63,838 nt of DNA, filler included, from 7 parts of 7 records of this genome joined end to end with filler, not necessarily neighbours in it, one strand, 5' to 3'; shown: positions 19,741 through 31,394, numbered from the whole stretch's first letter. Made by a program: numbers and translations. Notes: a model not told the origin generated them from the sequence alone.

Positions 19741-21039
19741 TCAGACCTGTTCGAACTGGGCGCGCTGTTTCGGGGTCCAGCGCACGGTGACGACAAAGCC
19801 GTCCTCGTCCTGCACCTCGTCCACGGCGACGCCTTCGGAGAAGAGCCAGGCGCGTTTCTTGCCCTGGGCAAAGCTCAGCCGCAGCACCTCTTCGCTGACG
19901 CGGCCCTGAAGTGCCTCGGAAATGATCGACATGAAGCTTTCCACACCGGTGCCCTGGAGCGCCGAAATCGCGATGATGTCCTGATCCCGCGCAGCGCGGG
20001 CCTGGGCGGCATCTGCTTCGGCTTGCGGAAGCAGGTCGATCTTGTTCCAGATCTCGAACATCGGACGTTCGTTGCCCACCCCCAGCGTGGTCAGGATCTC
20101 GCGCACGTCGGCGGCCTGATCCTCGGTCTCGGGGTGCGAGATGTCGCGCACGTGGCAGATGATGTCCGCGGCCAGCACTTCCTCAAGCGTGGCGCGGAAG
20201 GCGGCGACCAGTTCGGTGGGCAGGTCCGAAATGAAGCCCACCGTGTCCGACAGGATGATCTCGGGACCGTTGTCCAGTTCCACACGGCGCATGGTCGGGT
20301 CCAGCGTGGCGAAAAGCATATCCTCGGCCATCACGTTGGCGCCGGTCAGGCGGTTGAACAGCGTCGATTTGCCCGCGTTGGTATAGCCCACCAGCGCCAC
20401 GATCGGGAACGGCACCTTGGCCCGCGCGGCGCGGTGCAGGGTGCGGGTCTTGACCACCTTGTCCAACTGGCGGCGCAGGCGCACCAGTTGCAGATCAATC
20501 GCACGGCGGTCGGCCTCGATCTGGGTTTCGCCGGGGCCGCCGACAAAGCCAAGCCCGCCGCGCTGGCGTTCCAGGTGGGTCCAGGCGCGCACAAGGCGGG
20601 TGCGTTGATAGTTCAGCGCCGCCATTTCGACCTGCAACACGCCCTCGCGGGTGGCAGCACGGTCGCTGAAAATTTCCAAAATCAGGCCGGTGCGGTCCAG
20701 CAGTTTGACCCCCCATGCCTTTTCAAGGTTGCGCTGTTGCACGGGCGTGACGGGACCATCGACCAGCACCAGCTCGATCTCTTCCGCCTCGAACCGGGCG
20801 CGCAGCTCTTCGATCTTGCCTTTGCCGAACAACATGCCCGCGTGCACCTTGGGCAGCGGCACGGCCAGATGGCCCACCACTTCAAGATGCCGCAGCGCAT
20901 GGGCCAAAGACACGGCTTCGGCCAGCGCCAGCTCGGCACCGCGCCGGTTGCGGTCGGATTTTATGTCTGGGTGCAGCACAAAGGCCCGTGTGAAACGGGG
21001 CCCTTCGCTTTCGTCCACCTGAAACGGAGGTTTGCTCAA
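19741..21039 (-). CDS. hflX: GTPase HflX
   Basis: [25 protein letters not shown]; directly downstream of hfq. Confidence 0.97.
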
Positions 21040-21275
21040 GAGGCGTCTTCGCCCTCGTACAGGCTGATCGGCTGGCTCGGCATGATTGTCGAAATCGCGT
21101 GTTTGTACACCAGCTGCGATTGACCATCGCGGCGCAACAGCACGCAGAAGTTGTCAAACCATGTGATGACGCCTTGCAACTTTACACCATTGATCAGGAA
21201 AATGGTCACGGGCACCTTGGTTTTGCGCACGTGGTTCAGGAAGGCATCCTGCAAATTCTGTCTGTCCGAAGCCAT
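21036..21275 (-). CDS. hfq: RNA chaperone Hfq
   Basis: QNLQDAFLN...[10 protein letters not shown]...YKHAISTI; start at MASDRQ. Confidence 0.98.
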
Positions 21276-21419
21276 GTCGGTTCTTACCTTTTTTCTTGTC
21301 GTAGGCTTGCGGACCAAGCCATCCCTCATTGTGGCTGAGTATGAAGGCCAAGTTCCCGAGTTTCCAGCCCAAAAACAGAGACACCCCACACAGCGCGATT
21401 GACATTGTCTACCAGTGCG

Positions 21420-22955
21420 TCAACCGCGCCACAGGTCCGGGGTCAAAAGGGCGATGATGGCCAGTGTTTCCAGCCGTCCCAGCACCATCGCGGCGGCAAA
21501 AACCGATTTTGCGCCCGTCCCCAGTTCCTGAAGGCGGATCGGCGCGTCGCCTGCCCAGTCCAGCAACGGGCCTGTTGTCGACAGCGCCGCCACCGCCATG
21601 GTCAGCGAAGACTCGAAGTCCACCCCGAGGCTGCCCAATATCATGGTGACAAATGTAAGGCTGATCGCGAACAGCATGAAGAATATCCAGGCGATAAAGG
21701 CGCCGCCCTTCAGCACACGACGACCCAGCGCCGTGCCACCGCCGACCGAATGGGGATGCACCAGCTTTTCCATCTCGCGCAGGCCCGCCTGATAGAGCGC
21801 AAAGACCCGCAACAGCTTGACCCCACCAGCAGTGGTGGCCACACCGCCGCCAATCATGGCAAGCCCCATCAGGATCATGCCCGGTGTCGCCAGACCCGAC
21901 CAGTTCTGCGAGGTTTCCCAATGGGCACTGGCAAAGCCGGTGGTGGTCAGAAAGGACAGCACCGTAAACACGCTGCCCCACAGCGCCACGACCGCTGCAA
22001 TCAGGCGGTTCTGTTCGCCGATGTCGATGGCACCGATGAAATGCCGCAGGAACAGGATCAGCGGCACGCCCAATACAAGGGCGATGCCGATGCGAAATTC
22101 GGGGTCGTGGCGCAAACCGCCAGATTCCGAGGTCACCGTGTCCGTGGAAAAGGTCATGCGCGACAGCGCGAACAGCATGAACAGCGCCATGACCATCTCA
22201 CCGCTGATGCCCGCCGCCGAACCGGAAATGCCGCCCACCGGAGAGATGCCGGAGGTGGCCATGATCGACATCGCGTGGCACAGCGCCACCAGCGACCGGT
22301 CGCCGCCAAAGATCAGCAGAACCCACAAAAGCAACGTCAGCCCGATGTAGATCGGCACCAGTGTCTTGGACACCTTGACCAGCCGCGCGCGGCCTTCGGG
22401 GTGGTGATATCGCATGTTGCGTTCGTCAAAGCGGCCTGGCTCTGCGCGGGCCGTCACCTCGAACCCGCCAAGGTTCAGCGGCGCAAGGATGGCGCTGGCA
22501 GCAATCCACATCAGCAACCCGCCCATCCAGCCGACCTGGGCACGCCACAAATGCAGGCTGTCGTTCAACCGTCCCGGCGTGTCGAACAATGTGGCCCCGG
22601 TCGTGGTGAACGAGCTGATCATCTCGATATAGGCGTTCAGAAACGACGTGGTGCCCAGACCCTCGTGAAAGGGCACGGCCAGAAACAGCGGCAAAAAGGC
22701 AAAGGCGGCAAAGAGGCTCATCAACGGCCCAAGCGTGCCGTGACGCGGGGCGCGGCCTGCGTGGGCCAGCGCGATCAACCCGAAAATTACGATGCCCAGC
22801 GTGGCGGAATACAAAAACGCCCGCGCCGTGGCCAGTTCGCGGATCACCCCGCCGTGGATCGCGGGCACCAGCATCGACACAGATGCCGCGCCGAACATCA
22901 GCAGGAACAGCGGCAACTGCAACACGCGATCCTGAAGGTTGGGCGGGCGCATCAT
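21420..22955 (-). CDS. trkH: TrkH family potassium uptake membrane protein
   Basis: Multi-TM; TTTGAT, TTTGF, TTAGGVK, GRLE motifs; adjacent to trkA. Confidence 0.9.
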   Translation of the reverse strand: MMRPPNLQDRVLQLPLFLLMFGAASVSMLVPAIHGGVIRELATARAFLYSATLGIVIFGLIALAHAGRAPRHGTLGPLMSLFAAFAFLPLFLAVPFHEGLGTTSFLNAYIEMISSFTTTGATLFDTPGRLNDSLHLWRAQVGWMGGLLMWIAASAILAPLNLGGFEVTARAEPGRFDERNMRYHHPEGRARLVKVSKTLVPIYIGLTLLLWVLLIFGGDRSLVALCHAMSIMATSGISPVGGISGSAAGISGEMVMALFMLFALSRMTFSTDTVTSESGGLRHDPEFRIGIALVLGVPLILFLRHFIGAIDIGEQNRLIAAVVALWGSVFTVLSFLTTTGFASAHWETSQNWSGLATPGMILMGLAMIGGGVATTAGGVKLLRVFALYQAGLREMEKLVHPHSVGGGTALGRRVLKGGAFIAWIFFMLFAISLTFVTMILGSLGVDFESSLTMAVAALSTTGPLLDWAGDAPIRLQELGTGAKSVFAAAMVLGRLETLAIIALLTPDLWRG

Positions 22956-22956
22956 C

Positions 22957-24106
22957 TTAGAAAAAGTCGATGGACACTTGCATCAGCCGTTCGACCTCGG
23001 GGACATCCTTGGTCAGACTGAAAATCGCGATCGTGTCGCCTTCGTCGATGCGGGTGGACGAAAGGGGGCGGATCACTTCGCCGCCCTTGCGCAGGGCGCC
23101 GACCAGCACACCCTCGGGAAACTCGATCTCGCCGATCTTGCGGCCCGCCAGCGGCGAGGTCGACAGCACTTCGGCCTCGATCACCTCGGCCTCGGCGTCC
23201 CCGATGGAATAGACCGAGCGCACCCGCCCGTGGCGGATGTGGCGCAGGATCGACGACACGGTCGTGGCGCGCGGGTTGATATAGGCGTCGATGCCCAAAG
23301 GCCCCATCATCGGGACCAGCGTGGGATCGTTGATCAGCGCGATGGCATAGGGGCAGCCCTCGCTCTTGGCACGCACGGCGGCCAGCATGTTGGTCTTGTC
23401 ATCATCCGTCACCGCCAGCATCGCATCGGCGCGCGACACGCCGGCCTCGTGCAACAGGGCCACGTCCAGACCGTCACCGTTCAGCACGATCGTACGCTCC
23501 AGCGCCTCGGCGGCGCGTTCCGCGATCCTGCGGTTCTTTTCGATGATCTTCACCCGCACGCGGCTGGTGCGTTTTTCCAGCTCCGATGCCACCGCAAGAC
23601 CGACATTGCCGCCGCCCACCAGGACGATACGTTCCTGTTTGGACAGCTTCTTGCCAAATATCTCCATCGTGCGCGGCACGTCGTCGACATGGGCAAAGAC
23701 ATAGCAATCGTCACCGACGAAAAGCTGGTCCTTGGCCTCGGGCGTGAACAGCGTACCGTCTCGGCGCACGCCGACCACCACCGCGCGCAGGGTCGAGAAC
23801 AGGTCGGTCAACTGCCGCAGGGGCGTGTTCACCACCGGGCATTCTTCCTCGATGGTGATGCCCAGCAGGTGCGCCTTGCCGTCCATGAACCGTTCGGTGT
23901 CAAAGGCGGCCGTGGTGTGCAGCCGTTGCAGGGCAGCTGCCGCGACCTCGCGTTCGGGGCTGATCACCACGTCGATGGGCATGTGATCGCGCCGGTAGAG
24001 ATCGGAATAGATCGCATCCAGATAGGATTGGGACCGCAGCCGCGCGATCTTGCGGTTGATGCCAAAGACCGAATGCGCCACCTGGCAGGTGACCATGTTC
24101 ACCTCG
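22957..24106 (-). CDS. trkA: Trk potassium transporter TrkA (5'-truncated)
   Basis: VISPERE, VGGGNVG RCK_N motif, RCK_C domains. Confidence 0.95.
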
Positions 24107-24206
24107 NNNNNNNNNNNNNNNNNNNNNNNNNNNNNNNNNNNNNNNNNNNNTTAATTAATTAANNNNNNNNNNNNNNNNNNNNNNNNNNNNNNNNNNNNNN
24201 NNNNNN
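24107..24206. other. Artificial contig spacer
   Basis: N44-TTAATTAATTAA-N44. Confidence 0.99.
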
Positions 24207-24256
24207 GAAAGTGCCATAGCAACTTTTCTAGCGATAGAAGAGGAATTAACTCCCAT
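24207..24256 (-). CDS. sdhC: Succinate dehydrogenase cytochrome b subunit, first ~16 codons only
   Basis: Manual translation MGVNSSSIARKVAMAL(S) matches the SSI.RK.AMALS N-terminus of Bacteroidota SdhC. Confidence 0.7.
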
Positions 24257-24378
24257 TGGTTACGTTTTAAATTAGGAACACAAAAATACGGCGCAAATAG
24301 CTGTTTCACAAATATTGAAACCTACAATGCGCCTTATTTAGATTGTTTATAAGTTGTTTAACCTTTAAAGCTATTAAA

Positions 24379-27237
24379 CTATTTCACTTTAAAGAGATTA
24401 GTTTGTGTTTTACCATTCCCAGAAATTTCGATAGTATAGGTTCCTTTAGGTAAATAGTAATTTCCATTAGATGCTTTTTCAAGATTTAGATCTTTGTCTT
24501 CTTTGCGTAAATGTCTTACACCAGAATCTGATAAGGTTAGATTATAATTAGCATAGTTAAACCCTTTTGAAGCATTTATAGCTTTAGAGAATAGTGTCTT
24601 ATCATCTTTAGAAAGAACCTTTAAGGTATAATCACCATTAGCATTGGTATAAAATTTAATTGGTAAGCTAGGCTCATAGGCATCTAACCAAGAGCTCCAA
24701 GAACTTCCCCAACCTGATGACTTTCTAATATCTTCTATTTCATAGACAATTAAAGTATTGTCATTATTACTGTCAAAACTTTGTAAAGGTTCAATGTTTG
24801 TTTTGTAAATACTACGACCGTGAGTACCTAAAAGCAAATCTTTAGCTTCGGTTTGTATTTTAATATCGTGTACTGCGACATTTGGTAAACCTTCTGAAAA
24901 AGCTTCCCATTTTTCGCCATTATTAAAACTAACATAAGCACCATTGTCTGTTCCTAGATATAACACGTCTTCATTTTCTGGATCCTCAATAATGACATTT
25001 ATAGGAGATGCAGGTAGGTTGCTGCTTATGTCTTCCCATGTAGTTCCGTAGTCATTGCTCATATATACATAAGCTCCAAAATCATCAAACCTATACCCGT
25101 TAAGTGTTACATAAACACGTTCTTTTTTATGTGAAGAAGCTTCAACTCTGCTAACCCATAAATCTTGAGGTAAAGTTTTAGAAATATTTCTCCAGTTGCC
25201 ACCAGCGTTATTGCTAACATGAATTAATCCATCATCGCTACCAGTATAAAGTAATCCAAATTGAAATTCAGACTCATCTATAGTTGTTAATGTTCCGTAA
25301 GCAACATTACCTTTCTTGCCGCCATTGGTAAGATCTCCAGATATAGCAGTAAAATCTTTACCTTGATTCATAGAGCGCATTAGTTTGTTGCCTCCTAAAT
25401 ATAAAATATCTTGATTGTGGGAACTTAATAAAATAGGTGTTTGCCAATTAAACCTGTAAGGTGTTTCTCCTAGTTCATGTTTAGGTTGAATATAAGCTTG
25501 CTCACCAGTTTCTCTGTTTATTCTAAAATAATTTCCAAATTGGAAACCTGTGTAAACTATATTGTGATCTCTGTTGTCCACTTGTATTTGCATACCATCG
25601 CCACCCATTATACTTTTCCAAGGATATTGTCCTTCTTGGTGCCAAGATTTATCTTCTGGAGCATTATGAGCACCAACCCATACACCATTATCCTGTAAGC
25701 CACCATATACATTGTATGGTGTTTCATTATCTACCTGTATAGCATAAAATTGACCAACAGATGGTTGGTTGGCTTTAATCCAATTTTCACCATCATCATA
25801 TGTAATGTTTACACCACCATCATTACCATTAATTAGGTGGTTAGGATTTTTTGGGTTTATCCAAAGTGCATGATGATCTGCGTGTACATTTTCTGCACTT
25901 ATGCTTTTAAATGTTTTACCACCATCCTTAGATTTTAGTATTGGTACGCCAGATATATAAATATGGTCTTTGTTTTTTGGATTTACTTGTATTTGCGCAA
26001 AGTAGTAACCATAGCTGTAAAAGAGATCATCAATATAATCTTCATTCATTTTAGTCCAACTCTTTCCGCCATCATTGCTTCTGTATACTTCTGCTCCAAC
26101 CACTGGTGTGTCAAATAATAATGAATTTGCATCTTCTAAATACTTAGCAAGATCTACAGGTTTTACAGAGCCTGTACGTACCATTTGTTTTACATTTTCT
26201 GCTCTGTATTTTTCTTGAAACCCATTTTCTTTAAGGTAAGCATTTAGTTTCTTGTCTTCTAAAGATAAGAAGGTTTGTGCGGTCATTGCTTTAAAGTCAT
26301 CCTTCTTAAGTTTCCCAGAAGTGTTGTCTTCATTTTTAGATGTCTTTTCTCTTCGGAATTGACTATCGTGTACAGCATAAACTGTATTGTCATCGTAAAC
26401 AGCAAGGCCTATCCTTCCTACACCTTGTCCTGTTGGAAATCCAGAGCCTTTAAGGGAAATCTTCTCCCAAGTGTTTCCTGCATCGGTACTTTTATAAATT
26501 CCAGAACCTTCACCGCTTCCGTCAAAATTCCAAGCTTTTCTGTCTTTATCCCAAGACGCAGCAAATTGAATATTAAAATTTTCTGGAGATACAGCCAGGT
26601 CAATGATGCCACTTTCAGAATTAACGTATAAGGTTTTATTCCAAGTTGTACCGCCATCGGTTGTTTTGTATACACCACGCTCTTCATTTTCTGAATATAA
26701 ATGTCCTACTGCAGCAACCACAACTTCATCTGGATTATTAGGGTTTATACGTATTCGGCCTATGTGATGTGAGTCTAATAAGCCTTTGTTAACCCAAGTT
26801 TCACCTTTGTCTGTACTTTTTAAAATACCTATACCAGCATAACTGGAGCGAGAAGAGTTATTTTCTCCTGTACCAACCCATATTGTTCCGTTTTTCCAGT
26901 CTACTGCAATATCACCTAGGTTTTGAGTATCACTATTATCCATAATTGGCGTGAATGTGGTGCCATTATTATGCGTATACCAAAGACCGCCACTAGCATA
27001 GGCTACATAAAACTCAGACGGCATATTTGGATTAACATCTACATCTACAACACGGCCACTCATAACTGTTGGTCCTATGTTTTCAAAAGGAACATTTTTT
27101 ACGATGGAAGTTTCCATCATAGTTGCTTTTTGCTGTAAAGATTCTTTAATTGTTTGAGCAGATGTTGCTTTGGTTTGTGCAAAACTTGTAAGTGCGAGAC
27201 CAATACAAGCTATCGTGGTAAGATATGGTTTAATCAT
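24379..27237 (-). CDS. Secreted VPS10/sortilin-like BNR (Asp-box) repeat beta-propeller protein
   Basis: Signal peptide; repeated S/T-x-D-G-G-x-T/S-W boxes; GPTVMSGR, HADHH, GGLQDNG, GTHGRS. Confidence 0.88.
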   Translation of the reverse strand: MIKPYLTTIACIGLALTSFAQTKATSAQTIKESLQQKATMMETSIVKNVPFENIGPTVMSGRVVDVDVNPNMPSEFYVAYASGGLWYTHNNGTTFTPIMDNSDTQNLGDIAVDWKNGTIWVGTGENNSSRSSYAGIGILKSTDKGETWVNKGLLDSHHIGRIRINPNNPDEVVVAAVGHLYSENEERGVYKTTDGGTTWNKTLYVNSESGIIDLAVSPENFNIQFAASWDKDRKAWNFDGSGEGSGIYKSTDAGNTWEKISLKGSGFPTGQGVGRIGLAVYDDNTVYAVHDSQFRREKTSKNEDNTSGKLKKDDFKAMTAQTFLSLEDKKLNAYLKENGFQEKYRAENVKQMVRTGSVKPVDLAKYLEDANSLLFDTPVVGAEVYRSNDGGKSWTKMNEDYIDDLFYSYGYYFAQIQVNPKNKDHIYISGVPILKSKDGGKTFKSISAENVHADHHALWINPKNPNHLINGNDGGVNITYDDGENWIKANQPSVGQFYAIQVDNETPYNVYGGLQDNGVWVGAHNAPEDKSWHQEGQYPWKSIMGGDGMQIQVDNRDHNIVYTGFQFGNYFRINRETGEQAYIQPKHELGETPYRFNWQTPILLSSHNQDILYLGGNKLMRSMNQGKDFTAISGDLTNGGKKGNVAYGTLTTIDESEFQFGLLYTGSDDGLIHVSNNAGGNWRNISKTLPQDLWVSRVEASSHKKERVYVTLNGYRFDDFGAYVYMSNDYGTTWEDISSNLPASPINVIIEDPENEDVLYLGTDNGAYVSFNNGEKWEAFSEGLPNVAVHDIKIQTEAKDLLLGTHGRSIYKTNIEPLQSFDSNNDNTLIVYEIEDIRKSSGWGSSWSSWLDAYEPSLPIKFYTNANGDYTLKVLSKDDKTLFSKAINASKGFNYANYNLTLSDSGVRHLRKEDKDLNLEKASNGNYYLPKGTYTIEISGNGKTQTNLFKVK

Positions 27238-27405
27238 TATAGTGGTTGTTTTTAGAAGGCTCAAATTACAAAATACAAATCTAATTTTTATCATTTTTTA
27301 CCCTATTGAAAGTGTCTTTAGGTGCATGATTAAGATTTTAACTTCAAAAGATTGCAAAAACTTCAAATTTACACTCAGTTTAACACGCATTGATTGTCAA
27401 TTTCT

Positions 27406-27413
27406 TAATTTTG
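27406..27413 (+). promoter_or_regulatory. Bacteroidota -7 promoter element upstream of pepP
   Basis: TAATTTTG fits TAnnTTTG. Confidence 0.45.
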
Positions 27414-27502
27414 AAAGACTAGCAAATTAGTACCAGTTATTGCATTTTTAGCATACTGGATAATCTTTATTTTTTAACCTAAAACGATCTGCATAGCAGA
27501 GA

Positions 27503-28801
27503 ATGAGTATGAAGTACGACCCAATTAATCCGAAATTATTTATTAAGAACCGTAAAAATTTTATGGCTCAGATGAAACCATCTAGCCTTGCAATTTTTAA
27601 TTCTAATGATATATATCCTGTAGGTGCAGATAGTACCATGCCCTTTAACCAAGCAAGAGATATCTTTTACTTGAGTGGTGTAGACCAAGAAGAAAGTATT
27701 TTAGTATTATTTCCAGATGCTCCAAAAGAAAAACATAGAGAAATATTATTTCTAAAAGAAACTAACGAGCACATTGCTGTTTGGGAAGGAGAAAAGCTAA
27801 CAAAAGAAAAAGCCTTAGAGACTACAGGCATAAAAACGGTGTATTGGCTTAAAGAGTTTGATAAAATTCTTTTTGAAGTTATGACTCAATGTGATACTGT
27901 ATATATAAATACAAATGAGCATTACCGCGCAAATATTGAAACAGAAACTCGAGAAGCACGATTTGTAAAAGGATTATTAGAAAAATATCCAGCACATAGT
28001 GTTGCTAAAAGTAATCCTATCTTACAACGATTACGCTCTGTGAAAGACCAGATAGAGTTAGATATAATGCAACAGGCATGTAATATCACAGAAAAAGGAT
28101 TCCGTAGGTTATTAAACTTTGTGAAGCCTGGTGTTTGGGAATATAATATAGAGGCAGAGCTTATGCATGAGTTCTTAAACAATCGCTCTAAAGGGTTTGC
28201 ATACACACCAATTGTTGCCAGTGGTAATAATGCTAATGTTTTACATTATATAGAAAATAACCAACAGTGTAAAGATGGCGATTTAATACTTTTAGATGTA
28301 GGAGCAGAGTATGCTAATTACAGTAGTGATATGTCTCGTACAATTCCTGTAGGTGGTAAATTTACCAAGCGCCAAAAAGAAGTTTACAATGCAGTAAATA
28401 AAGTAAAAAATGATGCAACTAAACTATTGGTGCCAGGAGCATATTGGGAAGAGTATCACGTAGAAGTTGGTAAGATGATGACATCTGCATTGATTGATTT
28501 AGGTTTGTTAAATAAAGCCGATGTGAAAAATGAAAACCCAGACTGGCCAGCATACAAAAAGTATTTTATGCACGGTACCTCTCACCACATAGGGTTAGAT
28601 ACGCATGATTATGGTTTACTTCATGAGCCAATGCAGGCAAATAATGTATTTACTGTAGAGCCAGGAATTTATATTCCAGAAGAAGGATTTGGTATTCGAT
28701 TAGAAGATGATTTGGTTATACAAGAAAATGGCGAACCATTTAATTTAATGGGCAACATTCCTATTGAAGCAGATGAGATTGAAGAGATAATGAATAGCTA
28801 A
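27503..28801 (+). CDS. pepP: Xaa-Pro aminopeptidase (M24B)
   Basis: AMP_N domain; LDVGAE..NYSSD, HGTSHHIGLDTHD, TVEPGIY, GIRLEDD. Confidence 0.93.
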   Translation: MSMKYDPINPKLFIKNRKNFMAQMKPSSLAIFNSNDIYPVGADSTMPFNQARDIFYLSGVDQEESILVLFPDAPKEKHREILFLKETNEHIAVWEGEKLTKEKALETTGIKTVYWLKEFDKILFEVMTQCDTVYINTNEHYRANIETETREARFVKGLLEKYPAHSVAKSNPILQRLRSVKDQIELDIMQQACNITEKGFRRLLNFVKPGVWEYNIEAELMHEFLNNRSKGFAYTPIVASGNNANVLHYIENNQQCKDGDLILLDVGAEYANYSSDMSRTIPVGGKFTKRQKEVYNAVNKVKNDATKLLVPGAYWEEYHVEVGKMMTSALIDLGLLNKADVKNENPDWPAYKKYFMHGTSHHIGLDTHDYGLLHEPMQANNVFTVEPGIYIPEEGFGIRLEDDLVIQENGEPFNLMGNIPIEADEIEEIMNS

Positions 28802-28834
28802 TAAAGTTAAAATACTTTTAAGTTGATTATATTT

Positions 28835-28877
28835 ATTCTGGTGATAGCGTTTTAGGACACATCACCAGAATTTTTTT
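28835..28877 (+). terminator. Intrinsic terminator
   Basis: ATTCTGGTGAT...ATCACCAGAAT followed by a T run. Confidence 0.7.
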
Positions 28878-28924
28878 ATAATAACATTGGCTAATTAACG
28901 TAGTATAGGACTATTAATATAATT

Positions 28925-29674
28925 ATGAAAACAGCATTAATAACAGGCGCAAGTAGTGGTATTGGGCGCGCAACAGCAATCGCATTGGCAAAAGCAGGAT
29001 TTAGCTTAATTCTTTGCGGAAGACGACAAGAACGCTTAGATGAATTAAAAAATAAATTGAGCACATTGGGCAGAATGCATACGCTTAATTTTGACATAAG
29101 AGATAAAGAAGCCGTCTTTAAGGCTATTGATAGTTTGCCTTCAGATATTAAAGCTATAGATGTGCTTATAAACAATGCGGGAAATGCGCACGGTCTAGAT
29201 CCTATTGAAAAAGGAAGTTTAGAAGATTGGGATGCCATGTTAGATATTAATGTAAAAGGCTTGTTGTATGTAAGTAAAGCTATTTTACCAGGAATGCTAC
29301 ATAGAGAATCAGGTCATATTATTAATGTAGGATCTACTGCAGGAAAAGAAGTATACCCCAATGGAAATGTGTATTGTGCCAGTAAACATGCTGTAGATGC
29401 ACTAAACCAAGCAATGCGAATTGATCTTAATGGAAAAGGTATAAGAGTTGGTGCCATTAATCCTGGAATGGTAGAAACTGAGTTTAGTAAAGTGCGTTTT
29501 AAAGATGATGTAGAGAGAGCAGAAAAAGTATATCAAGGTTTTCAGCCATTAAAACCAGAAGATGTTGCAGATATTATAACGTTTATGGTAACAAGACCTT
29601 ATCACGTAAATATTGCAGATCTTACAGTAATGTGCACTGCACAGGCTTCTAGTACCATAGTAAATAAAGCCTAA
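28925..29674 (+). CDS. SDR, YdfG-like NADP-dependent 3-hydroxy acid dehydrogenase
   Basis: TGASSGIG, NNAG, YCASK, PGMVETEFS.VRF. Confidence 0.9.
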   Translation: MKTALITGASSGIGRATAIALAKAGFSLILCGRRQERLDELKNKLSTLGRMHTLNFDIRDKEAVFKAIDSLPSDIKAIDVLINNAGNAHGLDPIEKGSLEDWDAMLDINVKGLLYVSKAILPGMLHRESGHIINVGSTAGKEVYPNGNVYCASKHAVDALNQAMRIDLNGKGIRVGAINPGMVETEFSKVRFKDDVERAEKVYQGFQPLKPEDVADIITFMVTRPYHVNIADLTVMCTAQASSTIVNKA

Positions 29675-29691
29675 CTTTAAAAATTTCAATA

Positions 29692-30837
29692 ATGTCTTTA
29701 GTTCATACCAAACTACCAAATACAGAAACTTCAATCTTCTCAGTAATGAGTAAGATGGCTAATGAATATAATGCATTAAATCTTTCTCAAGGGTTTCCAA
29801 ATTTCGAAAGTGATCCAGAGCTTATTGCATTAGTTGAGCGCGCTATGATAAATGGCCATAACCAATATGCGCCAATGCCAGGCGATATTTTCTTAAGAGA
29901 ACGTATTATTGAGAAAACAAATACGTTACATAACAGCAACTATACTTCAGAAGAAAACATTACTGTTACAGCTGGTGCAACCCAAGCTATTTTTACAGCA
30001 ATTGCAGCAACAATACATAGAAACGACGAGGTAATTATATTTACGCCTGCATATGATTGTTACGCACCATCTGTAGAGTTGTTTGGTGGTGTGGTTAAAG
30101 CAATACAGTTGAAAGCTCCTCATTTTACACCAGACTGGAATATAGTTAAAGATACCATTACAGATAAAACTAAGATGGTTATCATAAATACACCTCATAA
30201 TCCTACTGGTACTATTTGGAGTGAAGAAGATATGCTCACTTTACAATCATTACTGAAAAATACAAACATACTTTTATTGAGTGATGAGGTGTATGAGCAT
30301 TTAATTTATGATAATGCTATACATTATAGCGCTGCAAAATTTGAAGATTTAAGACAACGTAGTTTTATAACAGCTTCTTTTGGAAAAACATTTCATAACA
30401 CTGGCTGGAAAATGGGCTACTGTATAGCGCCTAAAGAGTTAACTAAAGAGTTTCAAAAAGTACACCAGTACAATGTTTTTTCAGTAAACGCACCTATACA
30501 GAAAGCACTAGCAACGTATTTAAATGATGCATCACATTACTTGAAGCTGAGTGACTTTTATCAGCAAAAAAGAGACTTTTTCTTAAAGCAAATACAATCA
30601 TCTCGATTTAAATTTACACCTGCTAAAGGCACGTATTTTCAATCATTAGATTTTTCTGAGATAACAACTGAAAGTGATGTTGTGTTTGCCGAGCGCTTAA
30701 CAAAAGACTACGGTTTGGCAACAATACCAACTTCAGTCTTCAATAAAAATAAAGAAGATTTTAAATTGTTAAGAGTATGTTTTGCCAAAACTGATAACAC
30801 GTTAGAAAAAGCAGCCAGCATACTTAATAGTATTTAA
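29692..30837 (+). CDS. Methionine aminotransferase (YbdL-like, PLP class I)
   Basis: NLSQGFP, NTPHNPTG, SDEVYEH, SFGKTFHNTGWKMGY. Confidence 0.9.
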   Translation: MSLVHTKLPNTETSIFSVMSKMANEYNALNLSQGFPNFESDPELIALVERAMINGHNQYAPMPGDIFLRERIIEKTNTLHNSNYTSEENITVTAGATQAIFTAIAATIHRNDEVIIFTPAYDCYAPSVELFGGVVKAIQLKAPHFTPDWNIVKDTITDKTKMVIINTPHNPTGTIWSEEDMLTLQSLLKNTNILLLSDEVYEHLIYDNAIHYSAAKFEDLRQRSFITASFGKTFHNTGWKMGYCIAPKELTKEFQKVHQYNVFSVNAPIQKALATYLNDASHYLKLSDFYQQKRDFFLKQIQSSRFKFTPAKGTYFQSLDFSEITTESDVVFAERLTKDYGLATIPTSVFNKNKEDFKLLRVCFAKTDNTLEKAASILNSI

Positions 30838-30924
30838 CATACTTTAAAACTAACTAACAGTATTTTAATAGTTGTTCTTATAGTATAACCTATTTCATTT
30901 TTAGTTTTATAAAAAAAAACAATT

Positions 30925-31294
30925 ATGAATTATACACTCAAGAACATTTATAAAATACTAACTATTGTAACCTTAGCTTTGTTTGGTTTTACAACCCAAG
31001 CACAAGCAGACTTAACAATTAATGGTTATTTAGAATCTGGCGATGAGGTTGCTAATGCAGGAGATAGAGTTTCATTAGAGTACGTTATGCGTAATTTAGG
31101 AAATTATGATGTTGAAGATCCTGTAGTAAGCTTTTACCTTTCTGAAGATCCTATCGTAGGAGGCAATGATTATTTCTTAGAATCTGAAGATGGTTCAGAC
31201 CTTGAAGCTTATGAGGTTGAAGATGAAAGTGAACAAGTTCCACTACCTTACAATATTCCTAGAGGACAATATTATGTGCTGTTAGTTATAGATC
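30925..31294 (+). CDS. Secreted protein with CARDB/Ig-like domain (3'-truncated)
   Basis: Signal peptide ending AQA; ADL...N.G...V.FYLS.D...G.YY pattern. Confidence 0.65.
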
Positions 31295-31394
31295 NNNNNN
31301 NNNNNNNNNNNNNNNNNNNNNNNNNNNNNNNNNNNNNNTTAATTAATTAANNNNNNNNNNNNNNNNNNNNNNNNNNNNNNNNNNNNNNNNNNNN
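31295..31394. other. Artificial contig spacer
   Basis: N44-TTAATTAATTAA-N44. Confidence 0.99.

Noticed and set aside
544-23021. Long antisense or alternate-frame ORFs (e.g. 544-1878, 3295-4935, 5683-7332, 8823-10265, 10296-11909, 16589-18046, 21399-23021)
   Set aside because: Shadow ORFs of well-supported genes in high-GC DNA; no family motifs.
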